A stretch of 64,000 nt of DNA from Tubulanus polymorphus. Its lineage: Eukaryota > Animalia > Nemertea. The DNA lies in NCBI RefSeq assembly GCF_964204645.1, contig NC_134029.1, forward strand, positions 12,984,850 through 13,048,849, read 5' to 3'. The notes beneath the pieces were generated by a model. The model saw nothing but the letters and a program-made list of their open reading frames with translations, ran no database searches and was not told where the DNA came from. The position numbers and the translations under genes are program-made. How positions within the stretch are numbered: the first letter of the stretch is position 1; each line of letters opens with the position of its first letter. Positions 1-14,329 of this stretch are shown here, one piece after another.

Positions 1-1364
1 CAACGCTGACTAATAGAGAAAGCTGTATCACAACAAAAGTGCGACTTACGTATCTTCTTGAAACATTGTAAAATACCGGAGAGTAAATGGGAGAACCCTG
101 AATTCGAAAAAATTCCACACTCGGATCCTTTACTTTGAAAACACAATTTGCAATTTGTGGACATCCATTATTTCTGCACCAAAAGCATGAAGTATATCAT
201 CTTTGCTCGTAAAAATTTGAAATTTTGAGGAAGATTTTTGGCCTCGTTAACCTGTGAACACGCCCTTCATATATTTTCTAAGACCGATCTTGATATAATG
301 CTGAGAGTTTAGAGAAAATTATGGTAGGATGTAAACTTAGGCTGCTTCGTATCCGTGGAGGGTTGCTAATTATTGATCTTATACACAATAATCATAAGTA
401 CGTAACACGAGACTCCATAGAATATCGTTTTTCAATCATACGTACACAAATTATTGCGATATAAAGATAAATAGTACTTTAATATACTTTTTACTTCTTA
501 TACTGAATATTTCTTTAGTAGTATTAATAAAGAGTGGATCAGCAGGCTACCTGAGCCCATTCCACGATTTGAGGTCAGTTGCCAAAAGTTAGTAAGTTTA
601 CATACCAGTGGATAGTTAACATTTAAAATGACAATTAAAACTTCATTGCTAAAAATAACTTTGTATTCGTAGAATAGTCACACTCAAATGCGGAGAATTG
701 ATAATACCATAATACGATACGAAAATTCACTGTGTACAAATTCAAAAGGATGATCTCTAGTGAACAATCGAACGTTGTGTCGTTATTTTCTAATGATAAA
801 ACTTGGTTTGAGATTTGAAATGTGTACATATTGGATCTTTTTCATATTAACAGTGTATTTGGTCATGTATCATATTGTATAATGGTTAATTTAAACTAAC
901 TGGTTTTAGAGTTGTATCCTTAAATCCTGTAATAGAGGATGCAATCTTTTTGCGGCAAACAGTACAAATAGCTAGAAAAAGCAACGATAGTGCATTGGTA
1001 AACTTAAAGCAAGCGTACATTGGTTGTTTAGGTTTTTCGTTGGGAAAATTAATGTTTAATCATTATTGAAATATCCGAGGCGAGCTTTTCCAGGAATTTA
1101 CAAAGTTGAGCTTTACACAAGGAATTTTTTTGTAGTCCGATATCCGTGATTACCTCTGGCTTGGAGAGATACAATCTAAAACCAACCGTCGAGTCAAATA
1201 TTTTACCACAATTTTCTATGATTAGTAAAAAGATTAAGTAATAGACATAGGCATGCAAACAGTAATATCTGAAGTCCACTCCATTTCAAACTCATTCATC
1301 TTTACACAAACTCCAACTTGTTGAACACTTCAAAATCGCGTGGCTTGAATTATTACGATAGCTA

Positions 1365-2285
1365 AAATCAGGGACCACGATACTTGCTCATCTACACTGG
1401 CTTCCAATTTAACAAAGGATTGAATTTGAGTGTTTGATGTTGTAACAATAGGCCTACCATACTGAATTATGGATTCGGTTTCTACTTTTTGATTGAACAT
1501 TTATATCACATATTGGGTCATTTCATTTTTACCAGTATAGGCCTAATTGGAAGAACCTATCCGTATATCATGTTTAATTTTATATAATCTGACTTTTGAG
1601 ATGTCATTCAATCAATGCATTCATATGCGGTCGTCGCTTTCAATAGCCACACGAACTGACTCCTTAGCGATACCTTGGCGGACGATCCCACACGTTTCTT
1701 GCTCCAGCCCTAGAATGCTCAATTATAAGGCGCTTTTGCGAAATTGAATCTGATTCGGTTTAGCTAAATCCGATTCGATGTTGGAAAACGAATGGATTAG
1801 TAAGTCGAATCGTTTTTCGTAAATGAGTCGAATCAATTTATCAATCTAAAGGTCGCGATTCGAAAGAAAATGGGCGTCAATGGTGACCGAATTATTGATA
1901 GATGATGGTCTGCAATAGATGTCTTTAGCCCGCGGTCGAAGAGGACGCCATGTTGGATTTCACTGACTAAATCGCCACTAACTTGCTCGCCGAGCAAGTT
2001 AGTCGATTTAATAAATCAATTTACTAAACCGCGTCCATAAACGAGTTGATTTACCAAATCGGATTTACTAAACCGCGTGCCGTAAACGTGAAACTTAAAT
2101 CGATTTACAAAGATTCAGTTTCGTAAAAGCGCCTATAGTCGTCATGAACACCCGATTTGAATTCAAATTCAAAAGACTCCTAAAAACGCACCTGTTTACT
2201 CGATTACTGTAAAGCGCCTTTGAGCATTTAAGAAGCATGCAAGAATCAGTGAAATTGGCGCTTTATCAGTTGTATTCATCATTCA
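1365..2285 (+). mobile_element. Decayed 3' end of an L2-clade LINE (second copy at ~6437-6925)
   Basis: Remnant translation TILAHLHWLPI*QRIEF and ...FKRLLKTHLF, then an L2-type 3' tail (gtaaagcgcctttgag...ggcgctttatcagttgtattcatcatt). Confidence 0.6.
1728..2134. mobile_element. 407-bp MITE, PIF/Harbinger-like
   Basis: TIRs aggcgcttttgcgaaattgaatc / gattcagtttcgtaaaagcgcct with a 3-bp ATA duplication on both sides. The paralogous site in copy 2 (~6788) is empty. Confidence 0.85.
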
Positions 2286-3897
2286 AACCATTATTCTCCT
2301 TATCCTATGAATTTGGAGACCCATCCTCGCATGAGAATGAATATAATGTGATTTCAATTAAAGATGACACATGGCCTCATATCATTACGTTATGTTTTTT
2401 AACGGGTGGGCGAGATTATATTGTTATGTTTTTGTTTCTCTGAATGTCGCTATTTAAGAGTTCAATAATAATTTCAGTCAACCAAACAAAGGATTTTTCT
2501 GTATGTTTCGTGTCCTGTTTTTCCATAACCCTAGGACTGCATTTTAGGTATTTTTCGTGGATGACCGAACGCTGCTGTCCCTTTCTAGTAATTTGATGAT
2601 ATCTGTCGAAATCTAAATTTTAAAAAGGAATCAGGCATATCTCCTTGTTTGACTAAGTAAGAACTCAACTTTAAGGGACACTCCCTTAAAGGCGCCGAAG
2701 TAAAATCATGTGTCGAGTGGAGATGATATTGTGTCAGAATTTCTTCAAAAGCGGAGAAAATTGAATATTTTGAAAATAATGATTTCACATGTATGTTTGA
2801 ATCCGTTATAACTGGAGCAATTTTCATAAAAACATATCTATGGAATCAACGAAATGTAATTAAGAAGAATACTATGTTTAAGATGTTATCAAAGGCATTT
2901 GAAAAAAGTTTTCTGATTTCGTCAACTGTGAAACTAGTGTCAACCAGATGTGTTCCCATTAAACGAACCGACTGCGAGCCGAGTCGATGTGAGATGTGAC
3001 CTACACTGAAAATCTCAAGCGCTACCACTGGTTTTTAGGTACTTCTGAATGTCGGCCGTTAAAAAACTACAACAATTGCCATTTGGAAAGGGCCTAGTTA
3101 GAGAAAATGCTAGATGTGTATATTGTGTGATATTTCATGTGCGTTTGGAATTTAACCTTGTTTATAACGAAACACACATGTTCTTTTCTATTTTAGAAGA
3201 GCGCATGATAGTGCAATAAAGAACTGACAATGAAAAAGGGGTAACAGGTGACTGATATCACACCGAATTTCAATTCCTATGAACACTTTTCATATAGTGA
3301 ATTCTGTACAAGAGTTAAAAAAAACTTGAAATATTAACGAAACATTTTTTTGACGGACAAATCGTTACCATCGAATTTTCAAAACTTTTTTAATGCCTTG
3401 GTGACCACTGGTCTAGTACGCGGTTTTCTGAAACAAAAGTGGCCAAGTTTAAAGAACGACAAATGATTACAAATATTAGGAGCTTAATGCGTTTAATGAT
3501 TTAATTAATTGGCATCGCGCTGATTGGTTGAAAGATGGTTGTTAGTCATCTTGCCTGTGATTTAATTGTTTTTTTAAGCATCGATTAACCATAGATTTAA
3601 TCTTATCATAACTTATTTGCAGGTGCTTCTCGCAAACATTTTCTATTCGTTTTTCAAACGCAGTACTGTTCAGATGATTCACGTCAAGCTTTGAGTCAAG
3701 TAGTAAAAAAGTTTATGTATCAGCATTACTATGCAGTCAAAATTACGCACTGCGGCAAGTGAGGTGCTGTGATCCAGATGTGTAACCTATTTAGGAGTAA
3801 TATATTTCCATCATGTCAACGCCATTCAGAAACAGTAGCAAAACATACTGCTGGTCTCTAGAAATAACAATACGACGACAACCACTTTCGAATTCGA

Positions 3898-4410
3898 CGA
3901 TATTCGAGAAGTTTCACTTGGGCAGTGGTGGTCAGTGATGGTCAATTTATGAATTCTTATGGGGAATGCTTTCTAGTTTCACACCAAATGCGGTACCGGT
4001 ATATCTTTCTTACATTCGAGAAGTTTCAATTGGTCAGTGGTGGTCAGTGATGGTCAATTCATGAATTTTCAATGGCGAATCCTTTCTAGTTTGACACCAT
4101 AACGCGGTATATCGTTCTCATATTCGAGAAGTTTGAATTGGTCAGTGGTGGTCAGTGATGGTCAATTTATGAATTCTCAATATTTATGGCGAATCCTTTC
4201 TAGTTTGACACCATAACGCGGTATATCGTTCTCGTATTCGAGAAGTTTGAATTGGTCAGTGGTGGTCAGTGATGGTCAATTTATGAATTCTCAATATCTA
4301 TGGCGAATCCTTTCTAGTTTGACACCATAACGCGGTATATCGAACTCATATTTGAGAAGTTTGAATTGGTCAGTGGTGGTCAGTGATGGTCAATTTATGA
4401 ATTTGCAATG
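3898..4410. repeat. Minisatellite, ~108-115 bp unit, ~5 copies
   Basis: Repeated core tattcgagaagtttgaattggtcagtggtggtcagtgatggtcaatttatgaatt. Confidence 0.9.
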
Positions 4411-5055
4411 ATGATACCTGGGTAGTTTGAAAACAAACATGACTTGATAAATTTCCGAAATTCGCAGTCAGGTGTTCAGACTCGGGAATATCTCAATTGG
4501 TCAGTTTCTGACCATCATGGTGTCACCATGTGGTCTATAGCTCAAATGAAACACGTGGGACCGACGAAAGGGCCCAAAAGCGTAAGTCATTTCCTGAGTG
4601 ATGTGATCCAAAAATGCCCTAACTGGAAAAGGCAGTCTTTCAATTGGACGAAACCAAATCGGACAGAACAATTAAAATTTGGGAAGGCCACAGGCAGTGG
4701 TCTTTCTACGAAGCCCACGCGGTAGGCCTATACTTTGAGCGTATCATTATGAAATCTTTTTTTAAACCACCATGTACCACTTAAGTAATAAGCATCGTTG
4801 TAAGCACTTGAAACACCCATTAACCACTTGAAACTGTCAGATCAAACATCATACCGCATCCCCGCAAAGAGGGGTAGTTCAGCAAACCGGAGCTTTCATT
4901 TGCCTATCTAGACTACCCCGCCAGTACGGGTAGCCGAGCAAACCGGAAAACTCATAATGCAGATAAAAGCTAATTGCTAATATGAAATATATTTTTGTTA
5001 TAGAGATGTAGTAGATCAGTGAGAATTCAAACTTATGGTTAATTTTGAGTGATCA

Positions 5056-8000
5056 CAACGCTAACCAATAGAGAAAGCTGTAAGGCCTAAGCAAAGATGC
5101 ATTAAGTCTAACATATCTTTCAATATAATGATGAAGTATTCAACTGGCCATCACAACAATAGTTTGACTTATCTTATTGAATAATACCGGAGTGTTAGTG
5201 GGAAAACATTGAATTCGAAACAATTCCACACTCAATCGTTTACTTTGAAAACACAATTTGCATTTTGTGGACATGTATTTTTTTCTGCACCAAAAGCATG
5301 AAGTATATTATCTTTGCTTGTAAAAATTTGAAATTTTGGGGAAGATTTTTGGCCTCGTTAACCTGTGAACACGTCCTTCATATATTTTCTAAGACAAACC
5401 CTTGAAATAATGCTGAGAGTTTCGAGGATAATTTTGGTTGGATGTAAACTTAGGCTGCTTCGTATCCGTGGAGGGTTGCTAATTATTGATTCTATACACA
5501 ATAATCATAAGTACCATGAGATTCGATAGAATATCGTTTTTCAATCATACGTACACGAATTATCGCGATATAAAGATAAATAATATGTTCATATACTTTT
5601 TACGTCTTACACTGTATATTTCTTTAGTAGTATAAATAAAGAGTGGATCAGCAGGCCACCTGAGACCATTCCACGATCTAAGGTCAGTTGCCATAAGTTA
5701 GTAAGTTTACCAGTGGATAGTTTACATTTATAATGACAATTAAATGTTCATTGCTAAAATAACTTTGTACTTGTTGACTCAAAAGCAGAGAATTGAAAAT
5801 ACGATAATACGATACGAAAACTCAGTGAACAAATTCAAAAAGATTATCTCTAGTGAGAGATCGAACGTTGTGTCGTAATTTTCTAATGATAAAACATGGT
5901 TTGAAATTTGAAATGTGTACATAGTTGATCTTTTTCAGTGTATTTAGTCATGTATCATATTGGATGATGGTTAATTTAAACTATCTTTTGAGAAACGGGT
6001 CCCAGGGCTGTATCCTTTACTCCTGTAATAGAGGATGCAATCTATTTGCTACAAACAGCTAGTGCAAATAGCTAGAAAAGGTAACAATAGTGCGATGGCA
6101 AACTTAGAGCAAGCGTACATTGGTTGTTTAGGTTTTTCGAAGGGGAGAATTTGTGGGAAAATTACTGAGATATATCCGTGGCGAGCTTTTCCAGGGATTT
6201 AAAAAGTTGAGCTGTACACAAGGAATGTTGTGTAGTCCAATATCCGTGATTACCTCTGGCGTGGAGAGATACAATCTAAAACCAACCATAGAGTCAAATA
6301 TTTTACCACAATTTTTTTATGATCAATAAAAAGATTGAGTAATAGACATTCAAACAGTATTATCTAAATTCCACTACATTTAAAACTCATTCATCTCTAC
6401 ACAAACTCCAACTTGTTGAAAAGTCCACATTAAAATTAGGGACCACTATTCTTGCTCATCTACACTGGCTACCAATTTAACAAAGGATTAAATTTGAGTG
6501 TTTGATGTTATAACAATACCAGACTGAATGATGGATTCGGTTTCTACTTTTTAATTGAACATTTATGTCACATATTGGGCATCATTTTTACCAGTATATA
6601 TGGAATAACCTATCCATATATCATGTTCAATTTTATATAATCTGACTTTTGAGATGTCTTCCAATCAATACATTCACATGCGGTCGTCGCTTTCAATAGC
6701 CACCACGGACTGGCTCCTTATTATTTCTTTGGTGATACCATTGGCGGACGATCCCACACGTTTCTTGCTCCAGCCCTAGAATGCTCAATATTCGTCATGA
6801 ACCCCGATTTGAGTTTAAATTCAAAATACTCCTAAAACACACCTGTTAACTAGATTACTCTAAAACACCTTTATGTGCAAGAATCAGTGAATTTGGCGCT
6901 TTATCAGTTGTATTCATCATTCGTACCCACGAATCTCGTATCGTATCCTATGAATGTGGAGACCCATCCTCGTAAAGAGAATGAATAGGCTCTGTCTGTT
7001 GCGTTCATATCATTTGATATGAGGCTACGTGTCATCTTCAATTGAAATCACGTTGTTTTTTTAAAGGCTGGGCGAGGATATATTCTTATGTTTTTGTTTC
7101 TCTGAATGTTGCTATTTAAGAGTTCAATAATTTCAGTCTACCAAACAAAGGATTTTCCGTTTGTTTCGTGACATGTTTTTCCATAACCCTAGGAGAGCAT
7201 TTTAGGTATTTTTTTGCGGATGACCGAAAGCTGCTGTCCCTTTCTAGTAATTTGATGATATCCGTCGAAATCTAAATTCTAAAAAGGAATCAGGCATATC
7301 TTCTTGTTTGACTAAATATGAACTCAACAACAAGTGACACTCCCTTCCAAGGCGCCGAAGTAAAATCATGTGTCGAGTGGAGATGAAATTGTGTCAGAAT
7401 TTCTTCAAAATCGGAGAAAATTGAATATTTTGAAAATAATCATTTTACATGTATGTTTAAATCCGTTATAACTGGAGCAATTTTCATGAAAAAATATCTA
7501 TGGAATCAGCGAAATGTAATTAAGAAGAATACTATGTTTAAAAAGTTATCAAAGACATTTGAAAAAAGTTTTCTGAATTCGTCAACTGTTAAACTAGTAA
7601 CAACCAGATGTGTTCCCATTAAACCACCGACCGCGAGCCGAGTCGATGTGAGATGTGCCCTACACTGAAAATCTCAAGTGCTATACAACCGGTTTTTTAG
7701 GTGCCTCTGAATGTCGGCCGTTAAAAAACTGAACAATTCCCATTTGGAAAGGGCCTACGTAGTTAGAGAAAATTCAAGATGTGTATATCGTGTGATACAG
7801 GCTCCATATTTCATGTGCGTTTGGAATTTAACCTTGTTTATAACGAAACACGCATGTATTTATGCTATTTTAGATTTAAAAAGAGCGCACGAAAGTGTTT
7901 CATCAGACCCGCAAATAACGTCAAGTTATTCATGCATTTTTGATTTATATGAATAAATTTCGCTTCGAAATCTTTAAATTTCTCAGGTGGATTATTCAAT

Positions 8001-10000
8001 AAATTCACAACAGTCCATTATGGACTAGTTTGACGCCAATCATTCTTTTAAAGAAATTTCTTTCTCGAAGAAAGATTTTCTTAAAAACTTTGATTATGGC
8101 GAATCTTTTATGTGTCCGATAGTAAAACCTTCGGGTATTATACTAGAACACAAATTTTTAAAGATATTCATAACATACTGAAGGAGATCACAGTTTATAC
8201 CCGAAGATATGCAGTTGGATAGATCTTTTTGTTTCGACTCGCATGCGACAGTAAAAACGGTACTTGATATAATAAGTGAACTTCATCATTGATATTTTCA
8301 CTAATCTACTTGAATTCCAAAAAAGAACTGACAATGAAAAAGGGTTACAGCTGTGACTGATATCACTCCAAATTTCAATTCCTATGAACACTTTTCATAT
8401 AAAGAAAACTATTAACGAAACAGATTTTAGAGGCGAAGAATCCGCGTTAACATCGAATTTTCAAAACTTGAAGGAATGGTTAATGCCTCGGTGACCACTG
8501 GTCTAGTACGCGGTTTCCTGAAATGAAAGTAGCCAAGTCTAAAGAACAACTATTGTATCACATGATTTCAAATATTAGGAACCCAATGCGTTTAATGATT
8601 TAATTAATTGGTATCGCGCAGATTGGTTGAAAGACGGGTGTTAGTCACCTTGTGATTTAATTGTTTTTCATGCATCGATTAATTAATCTTATTATAACTT
8701 ATTTGTAGGCGCTTCCCGCAAACATTTTCTATTCGTTGAGTTTTCAAACGCAGTGCTGTTCAGATGATTCGAGTCAAGTAGTAAAAAAGTTTATGTATTA
8801 GCATTACTATGCAGTGAAAATAACGCACTGCGGCAAGTGAGGTGCTGTGATCCAGGTGTGTAACCCATTTATGGGTAATAAATTTCCATCATGTCAACGC
8901 CATTCAAAAACAGTAGCAAAACTTTCTGCTGGTTTCTAGAAATAGCAATACGACGACAAGCTTTTTCGAATTCGACCACGATATTTGAGAAGTTTCACTT
9001 GGGCAGTGGTGGTCAGTGATGGTCAATTTATGAATTTTAATGGCGAATCCTTTCTAGTTTCACACCAAATGCGGTACCGGTATATCGTTCTTTCAAGAAG
9101 TTTCAATTGGTCAGTGGTGGTCAGTGATGGTCAATTTATGAATTTTCAATGGCGAATCCTTTCAAGTTTCACATCAAATGCGGTACCGGTATATCGTTCT
9201 TTCAAGAAATTTCAATTGGTCAGTGGTGGTCAGTGATGGTCAATTTATGAATTTTAATGGCGAATCCTATCTAGTTTCACACCAAATGCGGTACCGGTAT
9301 ATCGTTCTTTCAAGAAGTTTCAATTGGTCAGTGGTGGTCAGTGATGGTCAATTTATTAATTTTCAATGGCGAATCCTTTCTAGTTTGACACCATAACGCG
9401 GTATATCGTTTTCATATTCGAGAAGTTTGAATTGGTCATTGGTGGTCAGTGATGAATTTGCAATGACGATTCCTTAGTAGTTTGAAAACAAACATTACAA
9501 GATAAATTTCCGGAATTCGAAGTCAAGTGTTCAGACTCGGGGATATCTCAATTGGTCAGTTACTGACCATCATGGTGTCACCATTGTGGCCTATAGCTCA
9601 AATGAAACATGTGGAACCGACGAAGGGGCCCAAAAGCGTTAAGTCATTTCCTGGAGTGACGTGATCCAAAAATGCCCTAACTGGAAAAGGCAGTCTCTCA
9701 ATTGGATGAAACCAAATCGGACAGGACAATTAAAATTTGGGAAGGTCACAGGTAGTGGTCTTTCTACGAAGCCCACGCGGTGAGCGTATCATTATGAAAT
9801 CTTTTTTTAAACCACCATGTACCACGAAGAAATAAGCATCGTTGTAAGCACTTGAAACAGCCATTAACCACTTGAAACTGCCAGATCAAACATCATACCG
9901 CATCCCCGCAAAGAGGGGTGGTTCAGCTAACCGGAGTTTTCATTGGCCTCTCTAGACTACCCCGCCAGTACGGGTAGCCGAGCAAACCGGAAAACTCATA
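5056..10000. repeat. Copy 2 of the ~5 kb tandem duplication
   Basis: Collinear with 1-4956. It lacks the 1728-2134 MITE and has ~420 extra bp at ~7895-8320. Confidence 0.95.
8981..9470. repeat. Paralogous minisatellite, ~108 bp unit, ~5 copies
   Basis: Same core as 3898-4410; explains the repetitive ORFs 8985 and 9178. Confidence 0.9.
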
Positions 10001-11075
10001 CTGTTATGGACTCGTTAGACTTAGAGTCCATTTTGCTAGCGCGTTTCTTACTTAACTCCTTGTTAACACGATTCCGTCATTTTGGTAGCTCCAACTTAAG
10101 TTCAAAAACTTAAATGCAGTTATAAAATCTTGGTCCCTTTCATTTTTGGTTATTATACGAGGCCTAGAAATGTATTTTGGGTCTAACTGCAGTTTAGGTC
10201 ACCTCTCCACTGTGTGGCGCTAGTGTTATTAAAGAATAGTGTAATGGTTAGGTTAGGTTAGGTACATAACCATTAGGGACACCTAAACTGCAGTCGCTCC
10301 GCAAACCGGTTCATCGTACGCGAACTGCGCTTTTTGCCCACTTCATAAGTTATGAGCTTGATAAAGTCAGTAATTCTCATCCGATTTACATCAAATAAAC
10401 TTTGAAAGAAAAATGATAAGGATCTTCTACAGTGTTGAAAATCCCATGTTGATGCGCAGCATAGTTTGCGAGTTATAAACAGTTGGACTACAGCCAACTT
10501 GAAGATTGTAAATCGTAAATCGTTTATTCACTGCAGACGTATTGCGTTGCAACAGTGCGCGTATAGCCATATCAGTGTATACTTCGCAAGGCAAGCGTGC
10601 GCTGGCAGTGTGTCACACTGCACACGCTACAGTGACAGCATGCCCATATTGCCGCGCGCGTTATGAATACGAGCGTTTTTCATAGGCCTACAGTGAAATT
10701 GGTTTTTTGGATGAAGTAAACTTTATCATAGATTTTCATTGAAGTTGTCGTATTAAAAAGTCATTGAATGTGATACACTTAATTGGTCTGTCGATCTTTT
10801 TGAACTACAGGGCACTAGGTGAACAGATCTGCATAATTAAAAGAGTAGTAGAATGAATAATGTAATATGTTTTCATTATTAGGCCCTATTATAAAAAAAC
10901 TGGACCTCGAGAGCACGGGGACCTTTGGTCTTCTAGTTTTATAACTGTGTCCATATGATTAATGAACTGATGAGTAAACTCGTTAGTTTGTACCTGGTCC
11001 TGAATCCATAAGCTTTTTCTCTTAGTTTTATGTCATCTTCTCTCAGGATTAAAATTATTATTCTCTTTCCAGATC

Positions 11076-11468
11076 ATGCCTCTAACAATACAAGGGTTGA
11101 AAGATGGTGCCACACCAGGAAATAAAATGTTAAAAGTGAAACTAATGGATGTCTCTAAAACAAAAGATAAAATCGTCATCGCAGATTCCACTGGGGTGAT
11201 GAAGTGTTTCGTCAACTCAAATAAACATGATGGCAAACTACGCCAGAATGCAGGATTGATTTTAACTAATTTTCGATTAAAAAATTCCGCAATGTCAATC
11301 AATGCTGACACTACTGTCGGAATTATACAAGCACCACACATCCCTCCTGACATTATAACAACTGCACTAAATGTTCTGAACCCGCCTCCAATACCTGTGT
11401 CTCCTATTAAAGAAGCTAAAGCACAGCCTTTAAAATCAAAAGTGACGATTCAAGGAACCATAGTACAG
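11076..11468 (+). CDS. Exon 1 of a tandem OB-fold (RPA/HIN-like) nucleic-acid-binding protein
   Basis: Acceptor tttccag just before the ATG; 131 codons; phase-0 donor CAG|gtaaaa. OB-like pattern IVIADSTGVMKCFV...LILTNF...VTIQGTIVQ. Confidence 0.75.
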
Positions 11469-11746
11469 GTAAAACTCTTTATACTTCAACTTGGCCTGTA
11501 GAACTAGATGGATAATTAGTTGGTTCTTTTACTCCAAGTTACATTATGAAATGTTAGTATAGGTTATATTTTATATACAAAATTACCACTATATTCTAAA
11601 TTCACAGTCCTTGAAATTTTGGTTTTTCGCTTGAATCTCTTTCTCGTTCTCATTGCCAAAGTTCCCAAATTACTAATTATTCTAAATCATTTTCATTTAA
11701 AGAGGAAGACCTGTAAACAATGTCAATCTCATGCTCTATATTTCAG

Positions 11747-11962
11747 GATGAATTATCAAGCCCTGTCAAAGTGGGTGAAACCAATGTTCCAATAAGGAAC
11801 ATTAGATTGCAAGATTCCTCATCATCCGTGAATGTTGCCTTGTGGAGGCGGTTTTCTGAGACAAAGGTGGCAACAGGACAACATATACAAGCTTCGGACC
11901 TCTCTGTCTCTAGTTTCAACAACAACACAGTACTAGCTACAACTGCATCCACAGTCATTCAG
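11747..11962 (+). CDS. Exon 2 of the OB-fold gene
   Basis: tttcag|GAT acceptor and CAG|gttagt donor, 72 codons, phase 0/0. IRLQDSSSSVNVALWR is a typical RPA-like OB-fold motif. Confidence 0.75.
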
Positions 11963-12980
11963 GTTAGTATCACTGGAGTCTATTGATGATACAAGTTATG
12001 GTAAAGCATATATGTAAAATGCTGTCAACTTATCAAATGATTACAGTCAAGCCTCATTAGTACAACAATTCAACTTACATCAAAAACCTCTGTAATAAAA
12101 TGAATTGCTGGCTTTTCTTTTAGCATTTTCCCATGAAAATGTTTGCTTACCAGGGTAGTATGATAATATTAATATTAAACTATCTTTTTGAAAAGAACTG
12201 AAATTGGCCAACAGACTTAAGAGATTGAAAAATGCATTACTTTCAAACTTTCAGAACATAGTCTATTCTAGCAAACTTAACTGAATTTCCAACTTCCACA
12301 ATTCAACTTTGAGACAGATTTTGAAAATGAACTGAAAAAATCAAGACCTTAGAATTTCAGCCAACTTTGCCAATAATCCAACTGTCCGACTTGCCAGTTC
12401 TACTTTATATTTGGTGAAATGTATCACCAACGTCCCATTAGGCCGTGTTCCAGATGTTAAGCAGGGTTGTGTTTTGAAGTCCTATTTTACACAATACTTT
12501 ATGTTTGTTTGATTGAATTCCACAAACATTGTGTATTCATCATTAAGTACTCAGCATAAAAATGAATGGAGCAAACCGTTATGTTATTTTCCTTCTACCC
12601 AATTGAATGGATTACCAGATTTGACCAATACCCATTAGACAGAGACTAATGTAGTAGTTAAGGTAGTCAAGTGATAGTCGAGTGTACCACAGGTCATGAC
12701 AATTGTGAAATAGATAGATGATCGAATGCATATCTCAGCAAAGGTATAGGGAAATAGAACCCCAGTCAAATAGACTACCGACCTAAATTGAAGTGAAATC
12801 GAGTGAATGGACAGGGGGGGGGGGGAGTTAATCCAAATATTGACGGCTGCATGAGTGCTCATCACTCCATGTGGTGTTGCAGCTCGCCATTTATTGCCAC
12901 AAGCAAGTATTGCTACAGAATATTTCTAGCAACCATCTTAATACTGCAGTGTCTTAAGTTAGGTGAATATTTCTTTTCGG

Positions 12981-13232
12981 ATCACTCAAGCTCCTGAAGA
13001 CATTGCTGAGCTTGAGTTAACAGCAATCGAATCAGTTGATGACAAGTTGGTACATTTTCTCGCTGAAAAACCAGGCACTGATGAAGTAATGACACTTCAA
13101 TGCTCGCATGAAATTGTGAACAATTATTTCAACTTAACAGTGATTCCAACTGATCTTGATAACATTCTGCAACTATTACCTGCTACACCTACCGTGCACA
13201 TGAGAGGCAAATCTATCACCTCTATGACTTAA
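12981..13232 (+). CDS. Probable last exon of the OB-fold gene (~286 aa total)
   Basis: In-frame ORF ITQAPEDIAEL...ITSMT*. The acceptor reads ttcttttcGG (AG apparently mutated); an alternative in-frame AG lies at 12961-12962. Confidence 0.5.
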   Translation: MTQAPEDIAELELTAIESVDDKLVHFLAEKPGTDEVMTLQCSHEIVNNYFNLTVIPTDLDNILQLLPATPTVHMRGKSITSMT

Positions 13233-14329
13233 ATCAACCTGGTTGCCCATATACACTGTCAAAAAAAGTAATGTAACATACAGGCTTATTTTGTAGAACG
13301 TGACCTTCATTTCAAACCATCATATCTCACCTAATATTTAGAATAAACTAAAATGGTTAAAAGATTTGAAAGAAGAGAATCTCAACTATGAAGATTTATG
13401 AATTTAATTGTTTAATCACTTCACACGTTAATGCACTACTGTTCATCCATTGAGTATTCATTTTCATTTTTATGCTGTATTAAATGTGCTACTGGGCAGA
13501 CTCTATCCATCCAGTTTAACTAATAATTTGTGTTCACTATGATAAAACATGTTTTCTTGTGAATTCTGACCTAGATACTAAGTTAATGTTGGCCAATGTT
13601 TAGTATTTTGGTAAAAAAGTGTTTTCTTTATGGAGTAATATCTCTCATTTTAGCATAGATATTTATATATAAAATTTGAATATGAATCTACCCATGAAGC
13701 CTTAGGAGGATTGACAAACCTCTAAGTCAAAATTAGTTTAAAATCTCTTTTAAAAAACATTTACAAAATGGATTCATTTATCCCACGTATTTTAAACACG
13801 TATTCCACTGGAAACAGAAGTCAACTTAAAATCAAAAACAAAGATTTTATAAAATGGTTAATTTGTGACGTACATTCCTTCCTTTCCAGATCAAACTATG
13901 CAAAGAAGTTGACAAATATTGCAGCTGTATCTTTAATTGTTGTCTACCAGAATAAATCATTAAAGTAGTTGCTGCTCAGGAACACAATTTCTTCAGCATT
14001 AAGGAATGGTTTACCTTGATTGTAAATTCACAATAGATTGTTGTGCATTAAAGGATGAATTTATTCACTTCATTACTCTCCATATCTGTGACTTTCCTCT
14101 TTCAGACACTTTTTACTGTTGTAGTTTATCTTAGTTGTTAACTAAAATATAATGCTTTGTTAAGTTGGTATCCATCAACAAAAATTAGTTACCTAACTTT
14201 TTTGTTCAAAGTATACTGACAGTCACAATATAGATATTGTAGTTCAGTTGTCCTAGCTGGACTCCTATAGATATTGCATTTTATGTAGATAGTTATGACT
14301 ATTTTTAGTCTATACTATATTACTTTAGT

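Larger units (their letters stand above)
1..5055. repeat. Copy 1 of a ~5.05 kb diverged tandem duplication (truncated by window start)
   Basis: Sequence from position 1 (caacgctgactaatagagaaagctgta) recurs at 5056 (caacgctaaccaatagagaaagctgta) and stays collinear until ...ggaaaactcata (4956 vs 10000), with many substitutions and indels. Confidence 0.95.

Noticed and set aside
2585-3028. Short ORFs conserved between duplication copies and ~60100-60290
   Set aside because: Similarity is explained by a shared repeat family; frames are broken on both strands and no protein motif was recognised.
10246-10263. (GGTTA)n as a telomere
   Set aside because: Only ~3 units, inside a small element with inverted repeats (actgcagtttaggt / acctaaactgcagt); a common TE-internal motif.
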